From a bacterium (GTDB lineage Bacteria; JAMOTN01): a stretch of DNA of 64,000 nt. A program made the position numbers and the translations under genes. Shown piece after piece: positions 29,928-39,889 of this stretch. The stretch's first letter is position 1, and the number at the start of each line of letters is the position of its first letter. The notes under the pieces were generated by a model. The model saw only the letters and a list, made by a program, of their open reading frames with translations. It was not told the DNA's origin and did no database searches. Location of the stretch: assembly GCA_027062325.1 (NCBI GenBank), contig JAMOTN010000079.1, positions 361 to 64,360 of the forward strand. The letters run 5' to 3'.

Positions 29928-31043
29928 TTATAAAGAAGATGGAACATATTTAATATAAACACCATAAGTAGAACCTACCTTGTAAATCTCTTCTCCATCA
30001 CTACTTAAAACCTCTACTTCAACTGGAAATGTTGCATCTCTCAACAAATTAGCAATACCATCCAAATCTACCACTATTCCTCCAACACTGGCACTATTGG
30101 TCGCCTTCACAAATTGAACAAAATCAAATGAATAATCATTATCTATTATGTAAAGCTTCTGGTATGGTTTTAGAACTACTTTAAAAGCCCCATTACCATC
30201 TCTGGCTACAACTCCTTTTATATCCTTCAATAAAACCTTCTTACCTCCAAAATCAACTTTTAACATCAAGTCCAACAATCCCATACTTGAAAAATCCAAC
30301 TCCAAAGATCCAAACTCAGGAGTAGAAACTTCAATATCATAAGTAGCATACGTTACAACAGAAGATGGAGTATATAATTCAAAGGAACTAACTTCACTCA
30401 AGTAATCAATTCTGCCCAAAATCGAAACAAAATCTGTCAAGGCAATCATTCCAGCTTCAGCCGTAGTTATAACACCATTGGCTAAATCTATCATCTGCTT
30501 AGCTGCTACAGGTAAAGTAGCTCCTGTTATAAAAAAGTTCTCAGCTAACATTTGATTCATCTGGTAATGGTACATATCCTCCTTTAAATCATCCGGATTT
30601 TCGTCAAAATTACCAGTATACCAATTCAAAGCCCTATAAAGTCGCACCAACTTTTCTCTCTTTACAGCATCAATACTAGTAAAATCCATGATCCCAGCTA
30701 TACCATACAAAATGTAACTAAAAGGTGAAAGTATCAATCTTCCCATAGAAAGCTTCCCCTCAGTCTTCATATAAACTCCTTCTACAGTAGCTCCTACTTG
30801 AACCACAACGTCCTTCACATCCGGTGGAAAAGCAACCGCAACACTTCTCGCATAAGTTCTAAAAGTATCACTCAAATAAGGAGAACTTACATCCACATCC
30901 ACATCTTCAAGCTCATCCGTTATAACAGCAACTTCCAAAACTCCCCCTCCAACAACATCAGTGTTGAGGCATCCATTTAAAACAAGACTTACGATCAACA
31001 TCACACCAGCCCATAGAATTATTTTCCCACCACTTTCTCTCAT
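29928..31043 (-). CDS. hypothetical lipoprotein
   Basis: lipobox LVLNGC after a signal peptide; 371 aa; no known motif. Confidence 0.4.
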   Translation of the reverse strand: MRESGGKIILWAGVMLIVSLVLNGCLNTDVVGGGVLEVAVITDELEDVDVDVSSPYLSDTFRTYARSVAVAFPPDVKDVVVQVGATVEGVYMKTEGKLSMGRLILSPFSYILYGIAGIMDFTSIDAVKREKLVRLYRALNWYTGNFDENPDDLKEDMYHYQMNQMLAENFFITGATLPVAAKQMIDLANGVITTAEAGMIALTDFVSILGRIDYLSEVSSFELYTPSSVVTYATYDIEVSTPEFGSLELDFSSMGLLDLMLKVDFGGKKVLLKDIKGVVARDGNGAFKVVLKPYQKLYIIDNDYSFDFVQFVKATNSASVGGIVVDLDGIANLLRDATFPVEVEVLSSDGEEIYKVGSTYGVYIKYVPSSL

Positions 31044-31060
31044 ATCAGCCCCTCCAAACT

Positions 31061-32077
31061 CTAATCCTTCATTGAGACAATCTCTTCCCCAGATTTAACT
31101 CCCACAAAATTGGTCAGACTTTTAGAAGCAATTGGCCACACCTTACCCCGCCACCAAAATGTTGTGCTGCTCCCTCCATCTAAATTTACAGCCTTTTTCA
31201 AACCAATTTTTATTAGAAACTCCCTCAAATCTTTCAAACTCAATCCCGGATACTTCACAACTCCCAACACAAAATCTTTGCCACTCCTAGTCCCAATAAA
31301 AACTCGTGTCGTTCTCCTAGAATAAAATTTCTTATTAAACCCTTCTTTATACCAAGTAATAACAGGCAACAACATAGGACCTGCTACTACAAACCACTCT
31401 GCCCTATTCCAAGGCGTTGCAAGTTCCCACTCTAAATCAACTCTTATGGGCTTTTTGGCTAAAATTAAATCCTCCAACTCTTTTGGAAACGAAATTATGT
31501 ATTCTCCATCTTCTGGATAATAGCTATTTCTAATTACTGCCGCCACCTTCCCTTTCTTAACTAAAAGCCCACTTTCACCATGCCACATTCCCCACCTCTT
31601 ATCGTAGATTGCCAATCCATCTGACAAACAGTTATATCCATCAACAGAAAACTCCAAAACCTCTGCAGTACTAAATTTAAACTTTAGAATCATCCAACCA
31701 TCAAACGGAGCAACCTCAAAACTACCATCAACTATTCCAAAAGCAGTCCTTCCAAATACCTTCTCCACATCAGGCCAAACCAAAGGCTTTTTGTCCTTGA
31801 AAATTATCCCCATTATTCTCCATTTTTTGTCAAAAAATGTTCCATTTAGAATAAGGTCATACTTATCAGAAAGGTATTCAAACTCTCCCATACTATCTAC
31901 CGGAACCTCAGATACAAATCCATCTCCGACGATTGGCTCTATCCTATCCACACCAACCATTCCTTGCCAAACTTCAATGTTAACTCCTCGCCAGTTATAA
32001 GTTCTATGAGTTAATGAAAAAACCATGCAAGAATAAATAAGCTGTAAAATGAAAAAAAGACAAAAACCTCTCCTCAA
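31061..32077 (-). CDS. phosphodiester glycosidase-like (NAGPA/DUF2233) secreted protein
   Basis: signal peptide; C-terminal KAVNLDGGSSTTF motif characteristic of the phosphodiester glycosidase family. Confidence 0.4.
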   Translation of the reverse strand: MRRGFCLFFILQLIYSCMVFSLTHRTYNWRGVNIEVWQGMVGVDRIEPIVGDGFVSEVPVDSMGEFEYLSDKYDLILNGTFFDKKWRIMGIIFKDKKPLVWPDVEKVFGRTAFGIVDGSFEVAPFDGWMILKFKFSTAEVLEFSVDGYNCLSDGLAIYDKRWGMWHGESGLLVKKGKVAAVIRNSYYPEDGEYIISFPKELEDLILAKKPIRVDLEWELATPWNRAEWFVVAGPMLLPVITWYKEGFNKKFYSRRTTRVFIGTRSGKDFVLGVVKYPGLSLKDLREFLIKIGLKKAVNLDGGSSTTFWWRGKVWPIASKSLTNFVGVKSGEEIVSMKD

Positions 32078-32221
32078 CCTACTCCCTCCTACACTTTCAC
32101 CTTCAAAAAACTAATCGGCAGGGCAAGGGAGCTTTCTCAATTGCTTACTGTACTGAATTAGAAAAAACAAATTCCGAAATATTTTTGTGTAAAAACTTTC
32201 ACTAAACAAGGAGGCAGCAAT

Positions 32222-32896
32222 ATGCACCACAAAATTGTCTTTAAAGCATCAACTCCAACAGCTCCAATTTTTTTCATATTCTTCATCATTTTATTTTCCT
32301 TTGTAGGGTGTGTTCAAAACGAAGGCACAGATTCTATTGCTTCTCCACTAATAATAGATGAATCAACTCAGGAAAAGGAAAGTTTGATTAACATTACAAA
32401 AAACGCTATTGCATCTCAAAATCTTGACCTTGCTTACAAAAAGGTCGAAGAACTACTTTCAAGATCCGATCTTACAACTAAAGAGGTGGAGACAGCTTAC
32501 GTTACCAAAAGCTGGCTGGAGCTTGAGAAGAACAATAACTGGGAAGAGGCAGAGAAAAATCTAAACGCTGCAACTGTGGTATCTAAATCTTTAAACGACA
32601 CATATCTTATGAAAGCAATAATCGATCTTCATAACTCACAACCTGCACAAGCCAAATTGGATATTCTTAGCATGAAAGACGAAAACGGAAACGCACCATC
32701 CTCTCACACTTTTGTGTATACTTCAGAACTTGGCCTCCCATACAATACAGGCGACGTACACTTAATTCTAGCTCAGGCATGCCTAGAACTCGGTGCTACC
32801 GAAGAAGCTTCTCAATATTTACAATGGGCAGCAGAAGAAGGAGCAAATCCTGATATTCTAAGATCTGTTCAAGATCTCTTCAACTACCTCTTTTAA
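32222..32896 (+). CDS. TPR-like lipoprotein
   Basis: AAGGAGG RBS 7 nt upstream; lipobox SFVGC; helical repeat content. Confidence 0.5.
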   Translation: MHHKIVFKASTPTAPIFFIFFIILFSFVGCVQNEGTDSIASPLIIDESTQEKESLINITKNAIASQNLDLAYKKVEELLSRSDLTTKEVETAYVTKSWLELEKNNNWEEAEKNLNAATVVSKSLNDTYLMKAIIDLHNSQPAQAKLDILSMKDENGNAPSSHTFVYTSELGLPYNTGDVHLILAQACLELGATEEASQYLQWAAEEGANPDILRSVQDLFNYLF

Positions 32897-34198
32897 TGTA
32901 TTATCTACAATTTTTTCCAATCTTTTTCCCTTTACAAATAAAACTTTTTTATCAAGATATCCCTTATCAACAAGTGAGGCAACCACTTCTGTGTACCAAT
33001 CCTTTTTGTTTAAAACATCTGCATCAAAACCTAAAGATATGAGATAACGTCTATAACGTTCAATCTTCTTCCAATTGGGTAGCGGAAAATTCGCTAAAAG
33101 CCTCTTAATCTCTTCAATCTTTTTTACTCCAAACTTGACAACTACAGGATTTATGGAAAACTCTATACCTTTCTTACCAATGAATGGTTTCAATTTTTCA
33201 AAAAATCCAGCTTCCCAATCCTCCTCCCAAAGAAGGTATATCTTTACAATTTTATCCATTCCTCGACACGCTCTTACAACTTCTAAAAGCTTAGCATCAG
33301 AAAAGTACTTACCAACTTCCTTCCTCTTAGCTTCCACAGTAGTTTCAACACCAAAAGTTACCGTCTGTTGATGCAGATACTTTAAAACCTCAGCTTTAAA
33401 ACTCCCCACAGTAAATGAACTAGCAGTCAAGTCAAAGTAAGTCTTTGCAAACTCAAGGTAATCTAAAACCCTAGGAACATCCGTCAAAGCTGTAGTAATA
33501 ATCCCCAACTTTTTGGCACCAATATCTTTAAACTTTCTCAACCTAAGCACTATTTCTTTAAAATTTTCAAACTCTACATAGGCAAATCTCCCAGCAGTCT
33601 CCGGCACTACACAAAACGGACATCTTCTTGGACAAGATTTAGATAACTCTAATAACACCGCATCTTTAAACACTGACCAACTCGAAAAGAATATAGAATA
33701 AAAAAATTCCACCTTATCACTTGACGATTTCACAATACCATACTTCCTAAAAATATCAGTGCCATACTCATCCAGTAGTGCCTCCACCCTTCCCAATAAA
33801 ACGCCATCGAACTCACTAGCCCACAAATTTGGAACTACTTCTACTCCCTTACCACCAGCCAAAATTTTGGCCTTTATATCACATCTTTTCACTATTTCTA
33901 CAAAATCTTTCTCCCATATACTACTTACTAAAACAAGCTCAAAATCCCCAAGAGGGCGCAAAGTTTCAACACTTCTTAACTCAGATAATTTAAAGTTAGA
34001 AAAGGGTGGAAAAAAAAACCTCTCTATACGAACACCGTAATCTGCAAACTTCTTGTAAACAGCCTGCCAAGATAGCGAACCTATAGCCTGTGGATATGGG
34101 TATGGAATTAAAAGAGCCACATCTCCCGCACGCTTTTTAAAAAATGAATATTCGCTTTTTCTGATCTTAAGAACATAATCTTCAATATCTCTTCTCAT
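32858..34198 (-). CDS. B12-binding-domain/radical SAM protein
   Basis: CPRRCPFC (CxxxCxxC) about 190 aa from the N-terminus, as in class B radical SAM enzymes. Confidence 0.6.
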   Translation of the reverse strand: MRRDIEDYVLKIRKSEYSFFKKRAGDVALLIPYPYPQAIGSLSWQAVYKKFADYGVRIERFFFPPFSNFKLSELRSVETLRPLGDFELVLVSSIWEKDFVEIVKRCDIKAKILAGGKGVEVVPNLWASEFDGVLLGRVEALLDEYGTDIFRKYGIVKSSSDKVEFFYSIFFSSWSVFKDAVLLELSKSCPRRCPFCVVPETAGRFAYVEFENFKEIVLRLRKFKDIGAKKLGIITTALTDVPRVLDYLEFAKTYFDLTASSFTVGSFKAEVLKYLHQQTVTFGVETTVEAKRKEVGKYFSDAKLLEVVRACRGMDKIVKIYLLWEEDWEAGFFEKLKPFIGKKGIEFSINPVVVKFGVKKIEEIKRLLANFPLPNWKKIERYRRYLISLGFDADVLNKKDWYTEVVASLVDKGYLDKKVLFVKGKRLEKIVDNTLKEVVEEILNRS

Positions 34199-34258
34199 TA
34201 AACTGCTGGTATCACCTTCCTATTTTATATTCTTTCAACCTCCCCCCAATTATGAACT

Positions 34259-35983
34259 TTATCTTCCCCTTTTAAAAAGCCTCTCAATCAACTTCTCATC
34301 CAACACTATGTAGGTTGGTCTTCCATGAATACATCTATCCTCATTCTCCACACTTAAAAGCTCTGCAAACAATTGAGCAGCCTCATCTGGAAACAACTTC
34401 TCCCCAGCTTTAATCGCTCTTTTACAAGCTGCCTGTTTCAACACCGCATCTTCATCAACCCGCTCAAACTCAACAACCTCCTTGAACCACTCCTCGGCTT
34501 CAGAAACCGAGAACTCTTGAAACCAAGCTGGAACTTCCCTCACCAAAACTCGCGTTTGCAAAACATCATACTCAAATCCTAGCTCTTTCAAAACCTTATC
34601 AGCTGAAAAATACTTGACAAAGTGTTTACCTTCCAACACTATCGGTTTCATCAATTTTACAACACCAATCGTCTGCTTTATTTTCTCGTACCTAATCCTC
34701 TCGTGTGCTGCATGCTGATCAACAATGTGAAGCTTCCCATCCTTCAAAAAGAGAAGATACGTTCCGTAAATTTGACCCAAGTAAGGGTATTTCACAGAAC
34801 CAAGTTTCTCTTTATCAACTCCAATAGAAGGAGCTGAAAAACCCTGACTAAATTCAGTCTCCCCTCCACTTGATTCATTATTTTCAAATTTATTAAACAA
34901 TCTTGAATCTTCAGAATCAAAAGCTTTACTTTCCAAACCAGTTGTATCAGACACATTGGCTTCAGCAAATTGATAGGCTTTCTTATTACTCACAATTTCC
35001 TTTAAACCAGATATAAAAATTTCCCTCAGTTTTAAAAAAACCTCTTCTTCACTCAAAAAGTTTATCTCCAGCTTTCTAGGATGTACATTTACATCTATCT
35101 CAAAAGCAGGAACTTTCAAATCTAAAATCCATGAGTAAAAACGTGCCCCAAATCCCACTCTGTTAGAAGCAGAATACAAAGCTTGATTAACCACACGTAC
35201 TCTATCACAGTATCTTCCATTTACTATTATCACTCCAGGAAAACTCTTATCCACCATAGCAGCGCGAACCCTATAATTTCCTCTTTCAACTTCAAAAAAC
35301 GCATAAGTCTTACTCTCTCCCACTACACTAACTACCCGCCTTTTCCAATCAGCTCTTTCAAAACGCTGCCACTTACTCCCTACCTCAAGCTCAAACTCGA
35401 TCCCTTCATTCGCAAGCATTATACTACTCAAAACTCTCCAAATTCTCGAAAACTCAACCACATCATCGCGTAAGTGTTTTCTTCTTACTGGCAAGTTGAA
35501 GAACAAATCCTCAACTCTAACCTTGGTCCCAGACTTTGGCAAACCTTGAAGCTTGAAATCAATAAGTCTTCCTCCAACAACCCGTGCAACCGCTCCAACC
35601 TCATCTTCTTGAGTTTTACTGGAAATCGTAACTTTAGCCACAGAGACTATGGAGTGCAAAGCTTCACCCCTAAAGCCGTAAGTTGCAAGGGAGAGCAAAT
35701 CAGACTCATTCTCTATCTTACTTGTTGTGAACGGCTGATAACACAGTTTCAACTCATCAGGCGTCATACCAACGCCGTCATCCTCAACTTCAATCAAATT
35801 CTTTCCCCCAGCCTTTAATCTAACAGATATACGCTTTGCAATAGCATCAAGTGAGTTCTCAACGAGCTCTTTTACCACATCAGCAGGACAAGTTATAACT
35901 TCTCCCGCCTTCAACTTAGCCCTAACAGAAGGAGGTAGGACCTTTATCCTAATTAAACCATTTGTTCCACTCATCCTATTCAA
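34259..35983 (-). CDS. mutL: DNA mismatch repair protein MutL
   Basis: N-terminal GHKL ATPase motif VVKELVENSLDA; full length 574 aa with a C-terminal dimerisation domain. Confidence 0.9.
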   Translation of the reverse strand: MNRMSGTNGLIRIKVLPPSVRAKLKAGEVITCPADVVKELVENSLDAIAKRISVRLKAGGKNLIEVEDDGVGMTPDELKLCYQPFTTSKIENESDLLSLATYGFRGEALHSIVSVAKVTISSKTQEDEVGAVARVVGGRLIDFKLQGLPKSGTKVRVEDLFFNLPVRRKHLRDDVVEFSRIWRVLSSIMLANEGIEFELEVGSKWQRFERADWKRRVVSVVGESKTYAFFEVERGNYRVRAAMVDKSFPGVIIVNGRYCDRVRVVNQALYSASNRVGFGARFYSWILDLKVPAFEIDVNVHPRKLEINFLSEEEVFLKLREIFISGLKEIVSNKKAYQFAEANVSDTTGLESKAFDSEDSRLFNKFENNESSGGETEFSQGFSAPSIGVDKEKLGSVKYPYLGQIYGTYLLFLKDGKLHIVDQHAAHERIRYEKIKQTIGVVKLMKPIVLEGKHFVKYFSADKVLKELGFEYDVLQTRVLVREVPAWFQEFSVSEAEEWFKEVVEFERVDEDAVLKQAACKRAIKAGEKLFPDEAAQLFAELLSVENEDRCIHGRPTYIVLDEKLIERLFKRGR

Positions 35984-35994
35984 AACTCACCTCG

Positions 35995-37035
35995 TTACCT
36001 TAAAAACACACTGTGACTTGCCGCATCAGAAAAGTAATCCCCAAAATCCACCCACGGTCTTGAACCGAAAGTTAACGCATACTCCACAGCTGCAGCAACC
36101 ATGGCTCCGTTATCTGGACAAAACTTTCTAGGAGTAAAGGAAACCTTCAAACACCTTCTATTACCAAACTCTTCAAACCTTTTCCTTATGTAGGAACTTG
36201 CAGCAACTCCACCACCAATTACTACACACTCCACATTTTTCTTCTCAAGCCAGTATTCAACACGCGACAAAAGTTGCTCCGCCACAGAATCCATCAACAC
36301 ATGTAGCTCCTCACATCTCTTCTCATCAATATCCACATCACCAGTAGTGTCAGATAAAAATTTTTTCAAGTTGTATATTGCACGAGTTTTCCAGCCACTA
36401 AAAGAAAAGGATGAGTAATCAACTTTCGGTAATGGATAAGGTTTAACACTAAGCCCATTTTGCCATCTATTCATCACAATTTTATCAACCTCAGGCCCAG
36501 CCGGATATCCAAGTCCATACTCTCTCCCAACTTTATCTATCAACTCTCCAGCTGCATCATCTCTTGTCTTAGCCAATAGTTCAAAATCCCCAAGCTTATT
36601 CATATAATAAAGTTCAGTATGGCCACCAGAAACAACCAAAAAAAGAGCAGGATATGTAAAACTTTTAGTCCAAGTCCCTATCCAAGCATGTGCAAACAAG
36701 TGATCCACAATGTAAAATTTTTTATTGTAAACAGCAGCCATTGCTTTAACAAAATTGAGCCCAACAACTAAACTTCCAATTAATCCAGGAGAAGCAGTAA
36801 CTGCAAAATAATCCATATCTTTCTCGTCCATTCCCGCCTCTTTTAAAGCCTTTGCCCAGAGTTTTGGAAGAATTTCAAGGTGATAGCGGGAAGCAAATTC
36901 TGGCACAACTCCACCAAATATTTCATGAACTGCCTGAGTGTAGCGCACATTAGACAAAACTTGATGAGAAGAAACGTCTACCACAGCAACTGAAGTATCA
37001 TCGCAGCTCGTATCTACTCCAATCACTAAAACCAT
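35995..37035 (-). CDS. tsaD: tRNA N6-adenosine threonylcarbamoyltransferase
   Basis: VLVIGVDTSCDDTSVAVV N-terminus and Kae1/YgjD-type ASKHA fold length (346 aa). Confidence 0.85.
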   Translation of the reverse strand: MVLVIGVDTSCDDTSVAVVDVSSHQVLSNVRYTQAVHEIFGGVVPEFASRYHLEILPKLWAKALKEAGMDEKDMDYFAVTASPGLIGSLVVGLNFVKAMAAVYNKKFYIVDHLFAHAWIGTWTKSFTYPALFLVVSGGHTELYYMNKLGDFELLAKTRDDAAGELIDKVGREYGLGYPAGPEVDKIVMNRWQNGLSVKPYPLPKVDYSSFSFSGWKTRAIYNLKKFLSDTTGDVDIDEKRCEELHVLMDSVAEQLLSRVEYWLEKKNVECVVIGGGVAASSYIRKRFEEFGNRRCLKVSFTPRKFCPDNGAMVAAAVEYALTFGSRPWVDFGDYFSDAASHSVFLR

Positions 37036-37721
37036 TGCCTGTCCAACTCCTCATAACTCCCCATAAGTATTTTTTTTAATTTATTTGAAAAATGCCTTAT
37101 TCCGCCGTTAGCACATCTTTTAGTAGAATTGCAAACCTTTAAAAGTTCACTCTTTATTTTAAGCAAATCCCTTCTTTTAGACTCAAGCCTTTCATCCGTT
37201 GCAAGAACATCTATTATCAAAACTGCTCCCTCCACATCCCCATTCTTTAGTCTTTTTTCAAAACGTGCCACAGCATCAAAGAAACTATACTTATGGTTAA
37301 TTAGAAGAACCACATCCTTCATTTCATAAGCTATAGAGTCTAATCTTTCAACTTCACCATGCCAATTCCTAAGTCTTCTACCTATCTTCCCTATCCACTT
37401 AAAAAAAAGCTCTCTATTAGGCAAAGTAGTATCATTAGCTACCTCTTCTAGTAATTCCAACCACAATCTTTTAATTGTGAGAGCAGCACTTTTTTTTCCT
37501 TCAGTATCTACAAGGGGAATTGTAGCCAGCTGAGCATCTATTTGCGATAGTATTGCATTTACACGTGAAGGAAAAAGTTCTTCACCTAAAAGTTCCCTCA
37601 AATAAGAGGTGCAACCCACAACCTTGTTTGCCAATGATATAAAACAACATAGTAGCCCCAATATTATTAAATTCGGTAATTTAGCAAACCCAAAATTTGG
37701 AACATTTCTCACATCAGACAC
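37026..37721 (-). CDS. hypothetical protein (N-terminal hydrophobic segment)
   Basis: ORF overlapping the tsaD start by 10 nt; no confident motif. Confidence 0.35.
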   Translation of the reverse strand: MSDVRNVPNFGFAKLPNLIILGLLCCFISLANKVVGCTSYLRELLGEELFPSRVNAILSQIDAQLATIPLVDTEGKKSAALTIKRLWLELLEEVANDTTLPNRELFFKWIGKIGRRLRNWHGEVERLDSIAYEMKDVVLLINHKYSFFDAVARFEKRLKNGDVEGAVLIIDVLATDERLESKRRDLLKIKSELLKVCNSTKRCANGGIRHFSNKLKKILMGSYEELDRQWF

Positions 37722-37762
37722 CTCAAATTAAAAAATATTTCACTCGCCACTTCACCTCACTT

Positions 37763-38752
37763 TCACTTAATCACATTTCCACCCATCCATAAATTCAACT
37801 TATTACCACCTGGAAGATTTACAAATACTGTTGCATTAGGATTCATCCTTAAACTCTCCGCCAAACTCTGTTGCACCTCCAAAGCCTTCCACTTCAAAAT
37901 TTCTGGATTTTGACGCAGTGACTCAGCTATCAACCTATTTGCCTCTGCCACCCCCTGAGCTTTGAGAATTGCTTCCTGCTTATTTGCTTCTGCTTTTATG
38001 ATCTTCTCCTTCTTCACAGTTTCTGCCCGAATCAAAGCAACCTCCTGCTCTTTTTTGGCCTTTTCCTCAACATACTTCATCTTCTCAGCCTCTTGCTTGG
38101 CAAGTTGTACTTCCTTAATCTTGCGTTCAATCTCAGTAGGTAAAATGATATTTCTGAGCTGTACAGCCACAACTACTACTCCCTTTTCAGAAACACGCTC
38201 AATCTCTGAAAATATCTTTTTTTCAATCTTCACCGCAATTTCATTACGGGCAGTCGGCATCTTCTCTGCTGGGTATTGCCCTATAACATCACGCACTACC
38301 GCACGCACAACCGGATTTACAATTTTTTCCTCCCAATTCCACCCCCACTGCTGCAATATTTCACTTGCCATATCTGGAAGTATTTTGTATTGAACAGTAA
38401 GTTCCACCTGAATTGGAAGTCCTCTTTCATCCAACACTTGAATAACAGGCTTTCTAATTATGCCACTTTTATCCTCCAAACCATACGCTCTGTAATACGA
38501 ATTCATTCCACTATCCTTTACTCCCATCTTATACTCAATAGAGTGAACCTTTACATCAACCCTTCTTATCTCCTCCATGAATGGTATGCGGAAGTGTAAG
38601 CCCGGCGTTAACTCTTGATTAGAGTATTTACCAAGCCTCACCTTTATTCCTACCTCACCACTTTCTATAACTACAGCCGGATTCAAATAATAAAGTATCG
38701 CCCCAACTATCACAATTGCCCCTATCCAAGCTAGCGTTTTGGAACTAAACAT
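37763..38752 (-). CDS. SPFH/band-7 (prohibitin/HflK-like) membrane protein
   Basis: N-terminal TM; SPFH core followed by a Lys/Glu/Ala-rich coiled coil (KEVQLAKQEAEKMKYVEEKAKKEQEVALIRAE...). Confidence 0.75.
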   Translation of the reverse strand: MFSSKTLAWIGAIVIVGAILYYLNPAVVIESGEVGIKVRLGKYSNQELTPGLHFRIPFMEEIRRVDVKVHSIEYKMGVKDSGMNSYYRAYGLEDKSGIIRKPVIQVLDERGLPIQVELTVQYKILPDMASEILQQWGWNWEEKIVNPVVRAVVRDVIGQYPAEKMPTARNEIAVKIEKKIFSEIERVSEKGVVVVAVQLRNIILPTEIERKIKEVQLAKQEAEKMKYVEEKAKKEQEVALIRAETVKKEKIIKAEANKQEAILKAQGVAEANRLIAESLRQNPEILKWKALEVQQSLAESLRMNPNATVFVNLPGGNKLNLWMGGNVIK

Positions 38753-38838
38753 TCCACTCCCCCCTTATTTTTCACTTGAAGACCATTTAAAACTTAATAA
38801 TAATTAATTAGCCAATTTTTTCTTAATTCTAAAACTTG

Positions 38839-39768
38839 CTAAATCCTTTCTACTCTTATCTGCGGATAAAGCTTCTCAACATCCTCAGCCCGACACAATC
38901 TTGTCCCTTCTGTCAGCACAGCAGCATTCCCACAAGCATTTGCCAACTTGAACGCTTCAAGATACGAAGCTCCTCTACTCCTTTCCCAAACGTACCCTGC
39001 CACAAAAGAATCCCCAGCCCCTACTGCACTCTTCACTGGTAATTTCAATGCAGGTGAGAAAAAGGCACCTTCGTCTGTTAGCATGAAGCTCCCTTTACTT
39101 CCCAAACTTATCAAAACCTCTTTCACCCCAAACTCTTCTCGCAAATGCTGGGCTGCAAGTTTGGCTTTAAAAGGAGTATCAGCTTCCCAACCAAAAGCCT
39201 CTTTTATTTCATGATGATTTGGTTTTATGACATCAGGAGAAGCTTTCAAACCCTCAACAAACGGCTGACCTGAAGAATCCAATAAAGTCCTAACATTTCT
39301 ACTCTTAGCAAGCTCTATAACTCTGCGGTAAAAATCCTTTTCAAAACCTTTGGGGAGACTACCTGAAACAACAAACCAGTCTCCCTTTCTCAATAATCCC
39401 GATAAAACTTCTAAAACTCTTTCTTGTCTATCATTGCAAACTTCAAACGGCAAAGAAAATCTGTATCTTTTCTCTGTATCTTCCTCTACAACAATTACAT
39501 TCATACGAGTCTCTTTACGCGTTCTAATTGTTGCAAAAACCACCCCTTCTTCATCAAGCATCTCCTCTATCTTTCTTCCAGTATCGCCCCCCAGCAGGGC
39601 TATTGCTACAGAAAAACCACCAATCTCTTTTATAGCACGTGACACATCTATTCCCTTACCAGCAGGCCAATCCTTAACTCGATGCGCTCTGATAGTATCA
39701 TCTTCCACCAACCTATTAACATAAAGGTACCTATCCAAACACGGGTTCAAGGTAAGAGTATAAATCAC
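38839..39768 (-). CDS. fruK: PfkB-family sugar kinase, 1-phosphofructokinase/tagatose-6-P kinase-like
   Basis: VIYTLTLNPCLDRY N-terminus and C-terminal GAGDSFVAGYV; start set to a GTG preceded by GGAGG (the ATG at 39786 lies within the SD region). Confidence 0.7.
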   Translation of the reverse strand: MIYTLTLNPCLDRYLYVNRLVEDDTIRAHRVKDWPAGKGIDVSRAIKEIGGFSVAIALLGGDTGRKIEEMLDEEGVVFATIRTRKETRMNVIVVEEDTEKRYRFSLPFEVCNDRQERVLEVLSGLLRKGDWFVVSGSLPKGFEKDFYRRVIELAKSRNVRTLLDSSGQPFVEGLKASPDVIKPNHHEIKEAFGWEADTPFKAKLAAQHLREEFGVKEVLISLGSKGSFMLTDEGAFFSPALKLPVKSAVGAGDSFVAGYVWERSRGASYLEAFKLANACGNAAVLTEGTRLCRAEDVEKLYPQIRVERI

Positions 39769-39794
39769 ATCAATCAACCTCCACATTAAAAATT

Positions 39795-39822
39795 AGGGGC
39801 AGACGCCAAATCGTCCACCCCT
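39795..39822 (-). terminator. rho-independent terminator downstream of the aldolase gene
   Basis: minus-strand hairpin AGGGGUGGACG-AUUUGG-CGUCUGCCCCU (11 bp including two G-U pairs) followed by AAUUUUUAAU. Confidence 0.5.
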
Positions 39823-39889
39823 CGCTTATAAAATTCAACACAACATATCAGTCGACAACTAAATCAACCAAAAAACTTTATCCCTAAAA

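Noticed and set aside
33995-34020. A9 homopolymer inside the radical SAM gene and A7T7 tract at ~63515 inside the KpsS-like gene
   Set aside because: Homopolymeric A/T runs are common in low-GC genomes. There is no evidence of phase variation or a frameshift.
37026-37721. Possible HEPN-like R-x4-H motif (RRLRNWH) in the 231-aa hypothetical next to the SPFH protein
   Set aside because: A single short motif without the surrounding helical context is not evidence. No partner nucleotidyltransferase or toxin-antitoxin arrangement is present.
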